Of a stretch of DNA of 64,000 bases, positions 16,020 to 28,979 are shown piece by piece. Positions within the stretch are counted from its first letter, which is position 1, and each line of letters starts with the position of its first letter. The notes under the pieces were generated by a model. That model did no database searches. It saw only the letters and a list, made by a program, of their open reading frames with translations, and was not told where the DNA came from. A program made the translations under genes and the position numbers. This DNA is from Eledone cirrhosa (Eukaryota): positions 272,986,001 to 273,050,000 of the forward strand of contig OZ024740.1 of assembly GCA_964016885.1 (NCBI GenBank). Direction: 5' to 3'.

Positions 16020-17550
16020 TGTTTACATAATATTTCTCCCTTCCGAAATCCATACGTAAACGTGTGAAGAGTGCAAATAACGAAGAAAAAACAAAATATA
16101 TAACAATAAAATTAAACAAAGAAAATCCTCCATCAGGCGAGGGACATCTGCAAGATCTACTCGTGGAAAATAACCACAAAAAGCTACGGCCACCCTGATC
16201 TCTAATATAAGTGTTTTCCTCCAGTTGTTTTCCAATCAAAAGGTGTATATTCAGAGAAATCACTTTCATTCGGAACCATGCTCACCATTTTCAATCACTT
16301 TTTACCAAATTTACTGGAAGGAAGCACTTATTTCTCTACGCTCAATTTTTAATTTCTATACTCAAATTTCATTTCAAGTAAAACTTGATTTGATAAGCCT
16401 TAATCTTCAGGTTGTTTCATCATAATAACCTCTTATTTGTTTCTTATTATATCTCCCGATAATCTAGTTTTCTATCGCTACCCCCGTATTCAGCCTTATG
16501 CATTCTACAGTAATCATTTGTTGCCGGCGAGTAACCAACCTAACTAATTTGCTAATTTATAAGGCTTGTGTGTTGGAAAGGGCGTGTTCAGCTTCTAGTA
16601 ATCTACCCCTTTCTCCGAAGCTTGTCTACTTTGACCATACAAATCACAATTAACACTAAAGAAAGGGACCTTCCTTAAAAGCCCTTTAAGCGCATGGAGA
16701 TATTTGGCCGACCCACTCCTCTCCGAGTGTAGACGACTACTTGTCCGAATGTCTGGCATTTGCTGTTGGTCATATCCAGTATCGCAGATGTACCTTTTGG
16801 GTCCAGGAAGATGGTTCCTATTGTGAGATCCACACCTTTGTGAAACTACATGGTGACTCCAACTCCCGAACCAGGCTGAATTGATGTTGTGTACACCACA
16901 TACCCATGGATGCTGGGCGCCACAACCTATACCATAGTCACGCTGATGATCATCACATCTGTATCAAGTGACCTGATGTCGTCGGGTTAGTGACACTGCT
17001 TCGAAGACGAACATAGTCCACGTCCATGCACACGGTCTATTATAAGTAAAGCCACATTAGACAAAATGGTGGAAAGTGAATCAGAAGTTATCCTATTCAT
17101 GAGGAATTGTGATGCGACTTGTAACTTTCAGCTTTCTTCCGCGATACTATTTGTGAGAATCTCTCATTTTTTTTCTTTTCTTCCTTCATGCCCGCTAGCG
17201 GCATTCTTAGGGAAGGTTGTTTATACTAGCTCTCTACTGACACTTGCTTTTGGCTCCGGGACCATTTTCAGTCATAACCCGGTAACTGCCTCTACTGGCA
17301 GGGTTAACTTAGAGAAGGACTGGATACTTACAGAAGAGGTCACCACCATCAGGTATTTCTAGGGTTCATTGACATTCAATGATAGACACACAAAGTCTAG
17401 ATTGGCACTTATATCACAGGCCATTAGGGTCTTCTTCAATGATAACAAAACAAATTCATGCAACATGAAATGACCAAATGTATGTGCTAGACGGTTCGGA
17501 GTTTGAAAAGGTATATGCCTTCTCATGCCTTGGAAGTTTCCTGTACACAG
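16020..17550 (-). pseudogene. Highly degenerate L1/Tx1-like fragment (endonuclease region, possibly ORF1 end)
   Basis: GC-elevated block. Minus-strand remnants such as LADVPRL, F..LF and a weak AP-endonuclease-like pattern. Confidence 0.4.
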
Positions 17551-17589
17551 CACGATGTGGACATCACATTAGGTAAGGCATGCGTTATT

Positions 17590-18045
17590 TTTCGACCCCA
17601 GAAGGATGAATGGCAAAGTTCTCGGTAGGATTTGAAATAAATTCACAGAGAGCCGAGGTAAATAATCGTTTCTGATTTAGGCACAAAGCCAACACATTTT
17701 ATGGAAGCAAAATCGATTAAATCAACTAAAGTGATTTACTGGTACTTTATTTTATCGACCCCGAAAGGATGAAAGGCAAAGTAGACCTTGGTGGGATTTG
17801 AACTCAGGACGTAAAAAGCTGGAATAAATACCGCAAAGCATTTTCTCTGAGAGTCTAACGATTCTGCCAATCCACTGCCCTTAGAAGAATCGACGCCTGT
17901 ACTTGACTGGTACTTTGTTTAGCGACCTCGAACGGATGAGAGGCAAAGTTGACTTCGGCTGGATTTGAATTGAGAGAGAGCAGAGCAGAAACTTTACCCA
18001 ACGCATTCTTTCCGACGTTCTAACGACTCAGACAATTCGACGCCT
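17590..18045 (-). mobile_element. Cluster of three diverged SINE family A-related copies
   Basis: Repeated tcgacccc..ggatgaaaggcaaagt..ggatttgaa motif at ~17590, 17755 and 17925. Confidence 0.75.
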
Positions 18046-18669
18046 TACACAAATATATACATATATCTATATGGTAAATGTGTGGATTATACACACATTA
18101 GAATGTGTTTCGTTTTGGATATATATTGACTGTAGAAGCATACAAACCGTTTATATTGTTTGCTTATATAAATTTGCAATGTCATTTCGACATATATTTC
18201 TCCATTTGTATAACTGCGTGTATGTTTATATATGTGGATGGTGAGGTCACGTAAGAATAACTCTGTGAACCAAAATATGTTAAGGTCAGCATATTCTCCC
18301 CTGACAAATTCAGTGATTTATCAACAGACAGAACATATGAAATACATTTTCATTATAAAATGTTCACATCTCTCACAAATACACAAACACATAGTAGCAA
18401 ACACACACGCATACCTAGACACACGTGCATACATATATATATATATATATATATAAATGCGTGTGCCTGTGTGCGTGTGTGTGTGTAAGTGTGTGGGTGG
18501 GGTGGGGGTGGGGTGGGGGTGGGGTGGGGAGGGGGCTCTCTGTGTGTATCTGTGTACGTTTTTGGTTTATAAATGAACTTACAAAATATCAATGTTTATA
18601 GCAATATACGCGCACATAAATTTATACATGCATACACATCCATCCATATATACATACATAAACATAAAC

Positions 18670-18709
<40 letters not shown>

Positions 18710-18761
18710 TATATATATATATATATATATTTATACATATGTATATATATATATATATATA

Positions 18762-18847
<86 letters not shown>

Positions 18848-18857
18848 TATATATATA

Positions 18858-18893
<36 letters not shown>

Positions 18894-19226
18894 TATATAT
18901 ATATATATATAAACACACGCGAATAAACAGAACATTATACATTACACATCTCACTTCACAATAAGTGATTATTTCAAAGTAGAATTGGTAAAGCAAACGA
19001 TAAATTGCATTACACAAAAATAAAGAAAGTTCACAGTAACATTCACAATAAAGAAGCAAGTAACAACAGATACATCCAGTCCGGTGTAATATCAAAAGAT
19101 TTGTATCAGAAACATTATTCCTCAAATACTTACCATTTCGTAAAATTACCAATAGAAATTTTAAAATTACCGGTAGTAATTTCACTGAAAATTCAGAAAT
19201 CAGTTTTAAAATGTGTCTCTTCCTTC

Positions 19227-19263
<37 letters not shown>

Positions 19264-19311
19264 TTATTTATTCATGTATACATATATATATTTATTTATT
19301 TATGTATACAT

Positions 19312-19344
<33 letters not shown>

Positions 19345-19350
19345 CACACG

Positions 19351-19396
<46 letters not shown>

Positions 19397-20079
19397 CAAA
19401 CACACACACATATATAGTTATAAAATATATGTGATGTGTGCCTCTCAGTGTGTGTACGTGTGTAATCGAATATAAGTATATTCATATACACTTATAGGTA
19501 TATAAATATGGACATATATGTGTGTAATTTTGCTTCTGATCTGGTATTGGTTTATGATTATTTTTCTGTTCTCATGAAGGTATTTGGTGTTTTTTTTTAT
19601 AACTTGTATTATATTACAAATATCTTTATTCAAAAATTTGTTTTTAAAATGTTTATGAAGAATTTCATATTTTCAAGCTCATGAGGATATCTAAATATTG
19701 AAATCCTTGAAACATTCTGGTAAAAGATCAAAGAAATATAGTTTATTGATAATATAATTGAAATTCATGTTCAGATTATGTGAATTGAATAAAGAGTAAA
19801 TACGCTTTGTATAAATGTTTATAGTGTAAGATTTAGCTACTCTATTTTCACTTTATGTGCTCATACTTCGACTGAAGAATGATACTTCTTCAACATCATA
19901 CAAAAAGATTTTATATATGAAATCAACGCTACAAGATCCACGTACATACAACCTTACTCACGCACTAACATGCATGTAGACACACACATGCGCATACACT
20001 CATACGTACACACACACACACATACACACACACACATATATATATTGTATGAAATGTTACGTCTTTCTCTCCATTTATT

Positions 20080-20115
<36 letters not shown>

Positions 20116-20206
20116 CGAAGGAAATGTGGAAAGGAACCAGGTGGACCATAACGCACCAAAGTACTCAATACTTGAGGTAGTAGAGTGGGTAATATGAACC
20201 AGTAAG

Positions 20207-20300
20207 ACCCCGACAGCTGAGCTCAAGCCGTTTCGACGGCTAATTCTGGACTAAATGAAAATTTATCCTGGTATTTAAATAGCCGATCTTCTCAAGGGGT
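20207..20300 (-). ncRNA. HHR with U3-A8 variant core (element sense copy)
   Basis: Reverse complement of 23258-23351. Confidence 0.75.
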
Positions 20301-21435
20301 AATTCCATATATGGTCAAAGTGATTGTCAAAAATCAGTAGTAATTCTGTGGTTGCAAATTAGTAGGGGAGATGGTGGCTAAACCTGCCAGTAGGAGAAAG
20401 AGGGGAGGGGTGGAGTAGACCCAATCAAGCGTTTGTAGTGCCAGCTACAGCTGGGCATGAGGTCAAAGAAGATACAGGGGAGGGGGAGGGGGAGGAAGTC
20501 GGAACGGTAGGTAGAACAATGGGGGGTAGAAATATAGGAAAGAAAAAATACTGAGAGTGAAAAAAAGCAAATAAGTGTAAAGAAAAACAAATGAGTGTAA
20601 AGAAAAAAGTAAAGTAAATTAAATTCTACGACCTAGGTCTCTAGCTATTGGTAGGCTAGAATAAATAAATAAATAAATAAATAAAGAAAGAAGTAAAGAA
20701 AGAAATAAAGAAATAACGAAATAAGTAAAAGAACTAGGTGGGACGGATTAGGCGAGGACCCTTTTAAGAGGTATAAGTACGTAAATGATACGGTGACGGG
20801 TCAACAAAAGGGGCCAAAATACTAAAGAGACTACCACGAAATAAACAATAAAGGTTTCCATGCCGGGCACAATTCCAGCAACCACCCAGTGCAGCAAAGT
20901 GAACTAATACGAGATAATAATTCTGAGTCCCGAGAAAAATATATACTAATGCTAACTCTAAAAGATCTAAAACAAGCTACATGAAAGTTCGTACGAAGTA
21001 AAGGTAGAATACGGAAAAATAAATTCAGAATCCACCCCGCCCAAAAGAAAAGCGAAGAAAGAAATACTGAAACGAAAAAATAAGGCATAAGTGCCACTAA
21101 GAAATATAGAGGGTACGGAGAAAGGTGGGAGCGGTCGGAAAAAGGGGACAAGTATCCGAGGTCTAAACCAACTGCTATAAAGGGCGGAGTCCGCCAAATC
21201 TATCCTAGACTAGGGGTGGGAGTGGGGGTACTAAGGCTACAAGGGGCCAAAGGGCAGCCTCGGGTGGGCGAGAAAAGACGCCGACAAAGGAGAAGAGCTG
21301 GGGTAGAAGGACTAAGGAGAGAGGGGGGAAGGAAGGAGATAAAGGAAGCGATAAAAGAATACAAAGAAGATCTTACGTCTCCCTTGGCAAGCAGGGGTTA
21401 CCCATTGCAAAATCGGCAAGTGGGGTGCTATAGCC

Positions 21436-22330
21436 CTAGTCTACCCCCCCCCCCGGGTCATTATGGGGTTTGAGGGCGAGGTAAGTCCTACGCAATCTAT
21501 GTTTACATGCAGTAACCAGTTCATCTTTCTTGTTTAGGAGTTGGTCCGTCGAAAACAGCATTTGTAAAGTTTCCTCCGAGCATAAATTGCACGGACGGCG
21601 TCCTCCCGTGTAAGAATTGGCTCTGGACAGTAATCTCCAAGTGAGATCATAGGTGATGTTGTTGTCCTTGAGGTCCCATATGTGGCCCGAAAGTGTAGTG
21701 GCGTGACGCCGGGCCGGGTTTCGGAAGGTATGTCTATGTTGGTATAGCCGGGTCTTGAAGTCACATGCGGTAAGTCCTATATAGGCTTTGTTGGAGGTAT
21801 CCGTCCTCACGTTGCACTGGTAGATCACATTACGGTCTCTGCATCTATTGTCGAGTGGGCAAATAGATCTATCCGGGCAGTTACACCTCCTGGTCGGTTC
21901 TCCACTGCTATTTAGGTTATTTCTGCCATCGGGGTTGAGTTTTTTGTTGTTAGAGGAGACGATGTTTTGTGCGAAGTTTGGTGTAGTGCTGTAAGAGAGT
22001 TTGATGGTATTTTTGTTAATTATGTTGTGGTAGCGGTGTTGTAATGGGAAGTGTTTTTCAATGAGCCTAAAGAATAGTTTCCCGATGGGAGTTGTCACCT
22101 CTGCTTTGTGGGGAGGATTGAAGCATGTTACATTGCGTGAGCGGTGGTGTCTCCTGCTGGTTCCGCTAATGGGAGCTGGACAGTAGGATATTTCCTCCCG
22201 GAAACCACTCCGCTTGAGGGCCTGGTTGTAATAAGGCGCATGTTCATCGAATATCCGCTCATTAGCTGACAAACGGGATATGCGGAGGGAGATGTTTTTG
22301 ACCAGGTTGTTTGTGATGTTCCTAGGATGA
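21436..22330 (-). CDS. PLE ORF C-terminus: RT thumb end plus GIY-YIG endonuclease (truncated)
   Basis: FNPP, NTIKLSYS, CNCPDRSICPLDNRC, NVIYQC..AYIGLTACDFKTRLYQH, CNLCSEE. Confidence 0.9.
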
Positions 22331-23257
22331 GTACCCCCACCCCCACCCCTAGTCTAGGATAGATTTGGCGGACTCCGCCCTTTATAGCAGTTGGTTTAGA
22401 CCCCGGATACTTGTCCCCTTTTTCCGACCGCTCCCACCTTTCTCCGTGCCCTCTATATTTCTTAGTGGCACTTATGCCTTATTTTTTCGTTTCAGTATTT
22501 CTTTCTTCGCTTTTCTTTTGGGCGGGGTGGATTCTGAATTTATTTTTCCGTATTCTACCTTTACTTCGTACGAACTTTCATGTAGCTTGTTTTAGATCTT
22601 TTAGAGTTAGCATTAGTATATATTTTTCTCGGGACTCAGAATTATTATCTCGTATTAGTTCACTTTGCTGCACTGGGTGGTTGCTGGAATTGTGCCCGGC
22701 ATGGAAACCTTTATTGTTTATTTCGTGGTAGTCTCTTTAGTATTTTGGCCCCTTTTGTTGACCCGTCACCGTATCATTTACGTACTTATACCTCTTAAAA
22801 GGGTCCTCGCCTAATCCGTCCCACCTAGTTCTTTTACTTATTTCGTTATTTCTTTATTTCTTTCTTTACTTCTTTCTTTATTTATTTATTTATTTATTCT
22901 AGCCTACCAATAGCTAGAGACCTAGGTCGTAGAATTTAATTTACTTTACTTTTTTCTTTACACTCATTTGTTTTTCTTTACACTTATTTGCTTTTCTTCA
23001 CTCTCAGTATTTTTTCTTTCCTATATTTCTACCCCCCATTGTTCTACCTACCGTTCCGACTTCCTCCCCCTCCCCCTCCCCTGTATCTTCTTTGACCTCA
23101 TGCCCAGCTGTAGCTGGCACTACAAACGCTTGATTGGGTCTACTCCACCCCTCCCCTCTTTCTCCTACTGGCAGGTTTAGCCACCATCTCCCCTACTAAT
23201 TTGCAACCACAGAATTACTACTGATTTTTGACAATCACTTTGACCATATATGGAATT

Positions 23258-23351
23258 ACCCCTTGAGAAGATCGGCTATTTAAATACCAGGATAAATTTT
23301 CATTTAGTCCAGAATTAGCCGTCGAAACGGCTTGAGCTCAGCTGTCGGGGT
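23258..23351 (+). ncRNA. HHR with U3-A8 variant core
   Basis: acccc-TTGAGAA-gatcggcta..tagccgtc-GAAA-cggc(ttgagctca)gctg-TC-ggggt. Confidence 0.75.
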
Positions 23352-23380
23352 CTTACTGGTTCTTATATATATATATATAT

Positions 23381-23720
23381 AAAGATGAAATCGAAAATGC
23401 AACTGGAGTCTTATTTTAAAAAGAATATATATATTTATTTGGTTCCTTTACCGGTTTCGCAGTTCTTCTGCTTTTCAAAAGTAGAGTTGAGATGGAGGTT
23501 CTGTGGTTTTTCTCATATCTGAGAAAAACCACAGACCCTCCATCTCAACTCTACTTTTGAAAAGCAGAAGAATTGCGAAACCGGTAAAGGAACCAAATAA
23601 ATATATATATATATATTTTTAAATAAGACTCCAGTTGCCTTTTCGATTTCATCTTTTTTTCTTTATACTTTCCTGGTGTAGGACACGTCGGTGATTTTTC
23701 ATTTTGTAAAAAAACCTCAC

Positions 23721-23725
<5 letters not shown>
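23381..23725. mobile_element. Head-to-head PLE-end hairpin with two UUGAAAA HHR motifs (23446-23481 minus, 23554-23589 plus)
   Basis: Palindrome ~23381-23656. Motif ctt-TTGAAAA-gca..tgc-GAAA-ccgg-TA-aag. A ~70 nt tail runs to (TA)n. Confidence 0.7.
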
Positions 23726-23749
<24 letters not shown>

Positions 23750-23751
<2 letters not shown>

Positions 23752-24005
23752 GTAATAATAATAAATTTGAAGACTAAAATCCAAAGAGGGCTAGATAAGG
23801 ATAAATATATATCAAATATATAAGAACCGTAGAGCAAATATTTATTAAAATAACAGATTTAAGTTTAGGCAAAGAATCGCTGCTTTCACCCTTAACGGGA
23901 TCTTCTGAAACTAACAAAGTCAATCTGTGAACGCGGAAGTGAATATTTCAAAAAACGTTGCAACCGGAGGAAGACAGGAAGACGATACTTTGGTTCGTGG
24001 AAATA
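23750..24005 (-). mobile_element. PLE-end fragment with CAGAAGA HHR motif (23862-23912)
   Basis: Homologous to 28041-28190 and 410-480. Confidence 0.65.
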
Positions 24006-24013
24006 TATCTATA

Positions 24014-24335
<322 letters not shown>

Positions 24336-24567
24336 TCTATATATATACACATACATATATATACATAAGTATGAATATATATATATATGTATGTGTGTGT
24401 GTCTGTGTATATATTTTTGTGAGTGTGTATGTGTGAGTATGTGTGAGTATGTGTGAGTATGTGTTTGGGGTCGATAATATAAATTACATACCCAAGGTTG
24501 TTGGATTGGCGAAATTGCTAGTGTGTTGGCTAGATACTTTGTTATATTTGTTCTGGCTTTTTGCATT

Positions 24568-24643
24568 GAGAGGTCGATAAAATAAAGTACCAGTAATACA
24601 CTGCGATAATTGCTGGCCTTGTGCCAAAAGTAGAAACAATTAT
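24568..24643 (+). mobile_element. SINE family A 3' fragment
   Basis: ggtcgataaaataaagtaccag...gtagaaacaattat. Confidence 0.75.
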
Positions 24644-25146
24644 ACAAATATATATACTACTGGGGTAGAAGTTCCCTCTACATCTCTTTCTCAGTTCCTT
24701 TCTCTTATTCTGTACTCTTCTCTGGAAGAAATCTGCTGTATTCAGACATGAAGAAGAGATTGGCCCAGTTAGATTTAAAAAATGCCCTAAAAGTGGTGTC
24801 TGTCAATGTGATCCGCTTCTCGACTCTCCCATGATTTACAGGTCCATATATACCATGATTTACATACTCGTAGATATAAATATATGTCGAACAGCTGCGG
24901 CGATGACTATTGCATTTGCTCCAACTCAATGATTTAAAATGTATCTTTAACAACATTCTCAGACTGGGTTAGGGAACTCACCAGATATCACAAGATCTAA
25001 TGCCGTAGAATTGTATGGTAAACAATTTTTCTTGCGCCTGTACTATTTAAATATCATTCGTGATCTAATTTTATCGCTTTCCTTAAATGTTTTCTTAGTT
25101 CTCTAGCATTCCTATATCTTTCAAATATCCTATAATGTGTTAGCAT

Positions 25147-25345
25147 TTGGCAATATCGGTAGAGCGTCAGACACCATGCTTTTCGATATAGAGCTATGGC
25201 CCTTTACGTTCTGAGTTCAAATTCCGCCGAGGTTAACTTTATTTTTCATCCTTAGGGATCGATAAAATAAAGCACCAAGTAATGTACTAGGGTGATTGTT
25301 CTGGGGTAATTGTACTGGCCTTGTGCCAAAAGTGGAAACAATTAT
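25147..25345 (+). mobile_element. SINE family A copy
   Basis: Consensus match. Confidence 0.8.
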
Positions 25346-25574
25346 CTTGCGGAATTGGTTACAAGTGTCTCTTTAAAATCATATTCGCTGTTTTGTGTAT
25401 TGTAGAGGAAAGCTGAGGAGGCAAACTGGTTTCAACCCATAGTATATAATTCATCTTATGGTGTTAATCTATTGAAAAAAAGCTACGTTTTAATTTCCGA
25501 TTTTCTTTCTTATGAAATTGTGGGTCTCTTTACGTAAGCAATAGAAGTCAGTTAAGGTTTGTTTTATTGTAGAT

Positions 25575-25740
25575 TAATTGTTTCTACTTTTGGCACAAGG
25601 CCAGAAATTACCCAGTACATTACTGGTACTTTATTTTATCGACCGCCTAAGGACGAAAGGCAAAGATAACTTCGGCGGGATTTGAACTCAGTCCGTAAAG
25701 GGACGTAACTCTATGCTGGAAAATATGGCGTCCGACTCTT
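25575..25740 (-). mobile_element. SINE family A copy
   Basis: Consensus match, inverted relative to the 25147 copy. Confidence 0.8.
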
Positions 25741-27562
25741 GTTTTATTGTAGAATAATGGTAGCTACTCTGCCTTTATGCTGTCAAAGGCACTGGATCAG
25801 TATGGAAATCCAAATTTCTCATTTTCATTTGCCATTTAATCGAAGACTTATTACATACTTTTCAAAAGAAAATTATATTTTCAATTTTATTAATTTATGA
25901 TTTATGCGAATCATATTTCACAGTATTAAGTTACAATAACAAAGTAAATAAGCAACAATCCAACACAAACAACAAAGGGAATCCGAATTCATAATACACG
26001 CACACATGCACAAATAATAACAGGAATTTTTAGTAAACCATTTATGTAATCTGTAATCAACTAAATTATTATTTAAGCATTCATATAGTTGCTATTGATT
26101 TTGATTTGATGAAGGGAACACAAGTTTTGTGGCAATTATTTAGGAATAACAAATGGTTTATTAATCACATGAATTATATTAAAAGGCGAATTTAAGTATC
26201 TATTTGTCAATGTTTAAGTAAAGAAGAGAAAAGTTGTTTACAATGAAATTTATTTGCTTATACAGAGATGTTTATTCTGTTGCAAAGATAAGCAAAATTG
26301 AGATTTAGGAGGAATATCTAATTCATAATAGCATTTTAAAATAGATTTAATATTGGTTTAAAAAAGATGAAATAGAGAGAAAATAAAATAACAAAATGTA
26401 TCACAGAGATGATCTGTCTCTTTGTTTAATAATTATTAAACAAAGAGACAACCAATTACATGCTTTATAGCAAGCAGGAATATCCATCAATGGGTGACCA
26501 GCTGAATTCTGCTATCTAAATGAGACCAACACATATATTTTTTACAGAAGTATTTAATATAAGTATTACTGGAGCAGAAAGCAATCATCATTTTTGTTGT
26601 AATGCGCTATACAGCACTGTGCAAGCAGACGAAATGAGCCCCTCCATTTAAATCGAATTCCATTGACATAATCCCCAAATTTGTGTATTTGTTTGTTTGT
26701 TTCACCAACTAATCGTTGGTGCATTAACAGTGTTTTCATGCAAAACAGAATAATGATAAGGATTAGAATTGTTGTGCTGAGGGTAATGGTGGTGGTGGTG
26801 GTGGTGGTGGTGGAGGTGGTGGTGGTGTCCTTTCTTAATGGCGAACAGCCTTCCTATCCGAGAAAGATATTTACTTGGTTGCTTTGATGTTGTATATCTC
26901 CCATGTCTGCCTTAAACATATCTTCAAGGCTTTAGCAGACAGTATCATACTGGCGTTGTGCGATCTAGTGTCGCTAGATCAACATTATCCAATGGAAGTG
27001 TTAGATAAGAAAAAAGCTTTGAATGAGCATGTAGTGTATTTCCGGTGAGGAATATCATATTCATATATATGATCCAATGGTAAGCAGGCTTACATATATG
27101 GTAGATTCTGATGTAAACTTTGTCATTCCTTGATTGATTTGGTATAACCTATTGCTGACAGATAAGTAGGCAATGTAAGAAACACAATCAGGAAAAAAAA
27201 ATAGCAATAGATTTGAATTCAGAATCTCTGGTTAGATATTCATTTCGTCACCACGCTTCCTTTACTCCTATGTGCAATTACATATGATTGTTCAGTCTTA
27301 TGAATTAACGTGAACATATCTAATTTCTAATGCACACACACACACATACACATATGTATGTACATATATATATATATATATAGAGGTTTTTTGAGTGATA
27401 GAATTTGCTCCGGACATAACAGCCGTGTCTGAAAGAACCCGCAGAAGTAGAATCAGCCAGATCCATACAAGGACCAAGACTCGAGCTACATGCCGGCGAA
27501 ACATTTGTAACACGAAATAAACTAAGTCCAGATGCATCACTGATTTTTCGTTTTCTTGATAC

Positions 27563-27662
<100 letters not shown>

Positions 27663-27669
27663 TATATGT

Positions 27670-27810
27670 ATGGAGGCAGTAAAAAGCAGTTAGACCATTA
27701 CTGACCAGAGTACTCGATATTTGGGGTAGTAGCATGGGTAATATGACAAATTCGTGACCTCGACCAATTGAACGGGCCGGAGCTCACCCGTCGAGGTCCC
27801 GAATTTTTCA
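27670..27810. mobile_element. Mini PLE-end hairpin related to the 20114 element
   Basis: Palindrome 27742-27810 with cggg(ccggagctca)cccg-TC. The left tail resembles 20130-20195. Confidence 0.6.
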
Positions 27811-27811
27811 T

Positions 27812-27843
<32 letters not shown>

Positions 27844-27867
27844 GCTATGTATATTCATTCTGTCATT

Positions 27868-28005
27868 ACTACTTACAGAGTTCAGATGAGCTTGAGATTC
27901 CAGAGTCGGCCCAGATCGATACAGATCGAAACTTGACCAGATAAGTAGCGAAATGTGCGTCACCAGCCAATAAACGTAATGGAGACGTAAACATCCATCC
28001 TTGTG

Positions 28006-28007
<2 letters not shown>
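27868..28007 (+). mobile_element. PLE-end fragment with CAGATGA HHR-like motif
   Basis: CAGATGA-gct..agc-GAAA-tgtgcg-TC-accagccaataaa. Stem I pairs poorly. Confidence 0.5.
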
Positions 28008-28040
<33 letters not shown>

Positions 28041-28045
<5 letters not shown>

Positions 28046-28262
28046 ATAATAATAAATTTGAAGACTAAAATCCAAAGAGGAATAATATATATCAAATATA
28101 TAAGAACCGTAGTGCAAATATTTATTAAAATAACAGATGAAAAGTTAAGCAAAGAATCGTTGCTTTCACCCTTAACCGGATCTTCTGAAGTTTCAGAAGA
28201 TCCCTTTAAGGGTGAAAGCAGAGAGTCGTTGCTTAAACTTTAATCTGTTATTTTAATAAATA
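28041..28262. mobile_element. Head-to-head PLE-end hairpin, CAGAAGA family (HHR 28188-28240 plus)
   Basis: Palindrome ~28118-28262. Motif aagttt-CAGAAGA-tccc..gggt-GAAA-gca..tgc-TT-aaactt. Left tail of ~77 nt. Confidence 0.7.
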
Positions 28263-28309
28263 TATATATATATGTGTGAGCCTACAGTAACTCCAAGTTA
28301 CAATCCCTT

Positions 28310-28347
<38 letters not shown>

Positions 28348-28419
28348 TTTTGAGTATATGTTATAACAAAATTATACACCTCAACAACATATGTACTTGT
28401 CTATACCACACTAATTCGG

Positions 28420-28474
28420 ACTGCCCGAAGAGGTCACAGCCAAAGATGGCTGTCACTGAAATATATATAGCAGT
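28420..28474 (+). ncRNA. HHR motif with CCGAAGA core
   Basis: actgc-CCGAAGA-ggtcacagcca..tggctgtcact-GAAA-tatata-TA-gcagt-AATAAA. Confidence 0.7.
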
Positions 28475-28519
28475 AATAAACGAAGCTAAATTTTAAACAT
28501 TTGACTTTTTATTTAGCTT

Positions 28520-28614
<95 letters not shown>

Positions 28615-28883
28615 GCTTAAAAATAAAAACGAGATTGCCACGGCTAAAATATAATTGATCAAACGATGCTGAAAAGGCGTAGCTCTGAGAGCAAACTATT
28701 AAATGAAAACATGACTGAAACGAATAATTATCCACTTTACATAAATGTGAACCAGTTCTTGTAGTGTTGATCCATATTCTTGATTATATTTTTTAATGAT
28801 TTTATTTATTTGCTTATCTAACAATTATTTCTAAAGTATTCACATCTCTTTCATTGAGTTGTAGATTTATCAGCATCGCCGTG

Positions 28884-28964
<81 letters not shown>

Positions 28965-28979
28965 CTATATATCTATCTA

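Larger units (their letters stand above)
20114..23363 (-). mobile_element. 5'-truncated Penelope-like element with ~1.03-kb inverted pLTR copy
   Basis: 20195-21232 is the near-identical reverse complement of 22330-23363. It encloses a GIY-YIG ORF and has (TA)n at both ends. Confidence 0.9.

Noticed and set aside
20378-23180. Duplicated ORF pairs (20831/22411, 20967/22365, 20378/22968) resembling small membrane proteins
   Set aside because: They are incidental frames in the T-rich pLTR, duplicated by the inverted repeat.
24700-27130. Possible CR1-like (24740-25010) and RTE-like (26830-27130) 3' remnants
   Set aside because: The motifs are too eroded to call without alignment.
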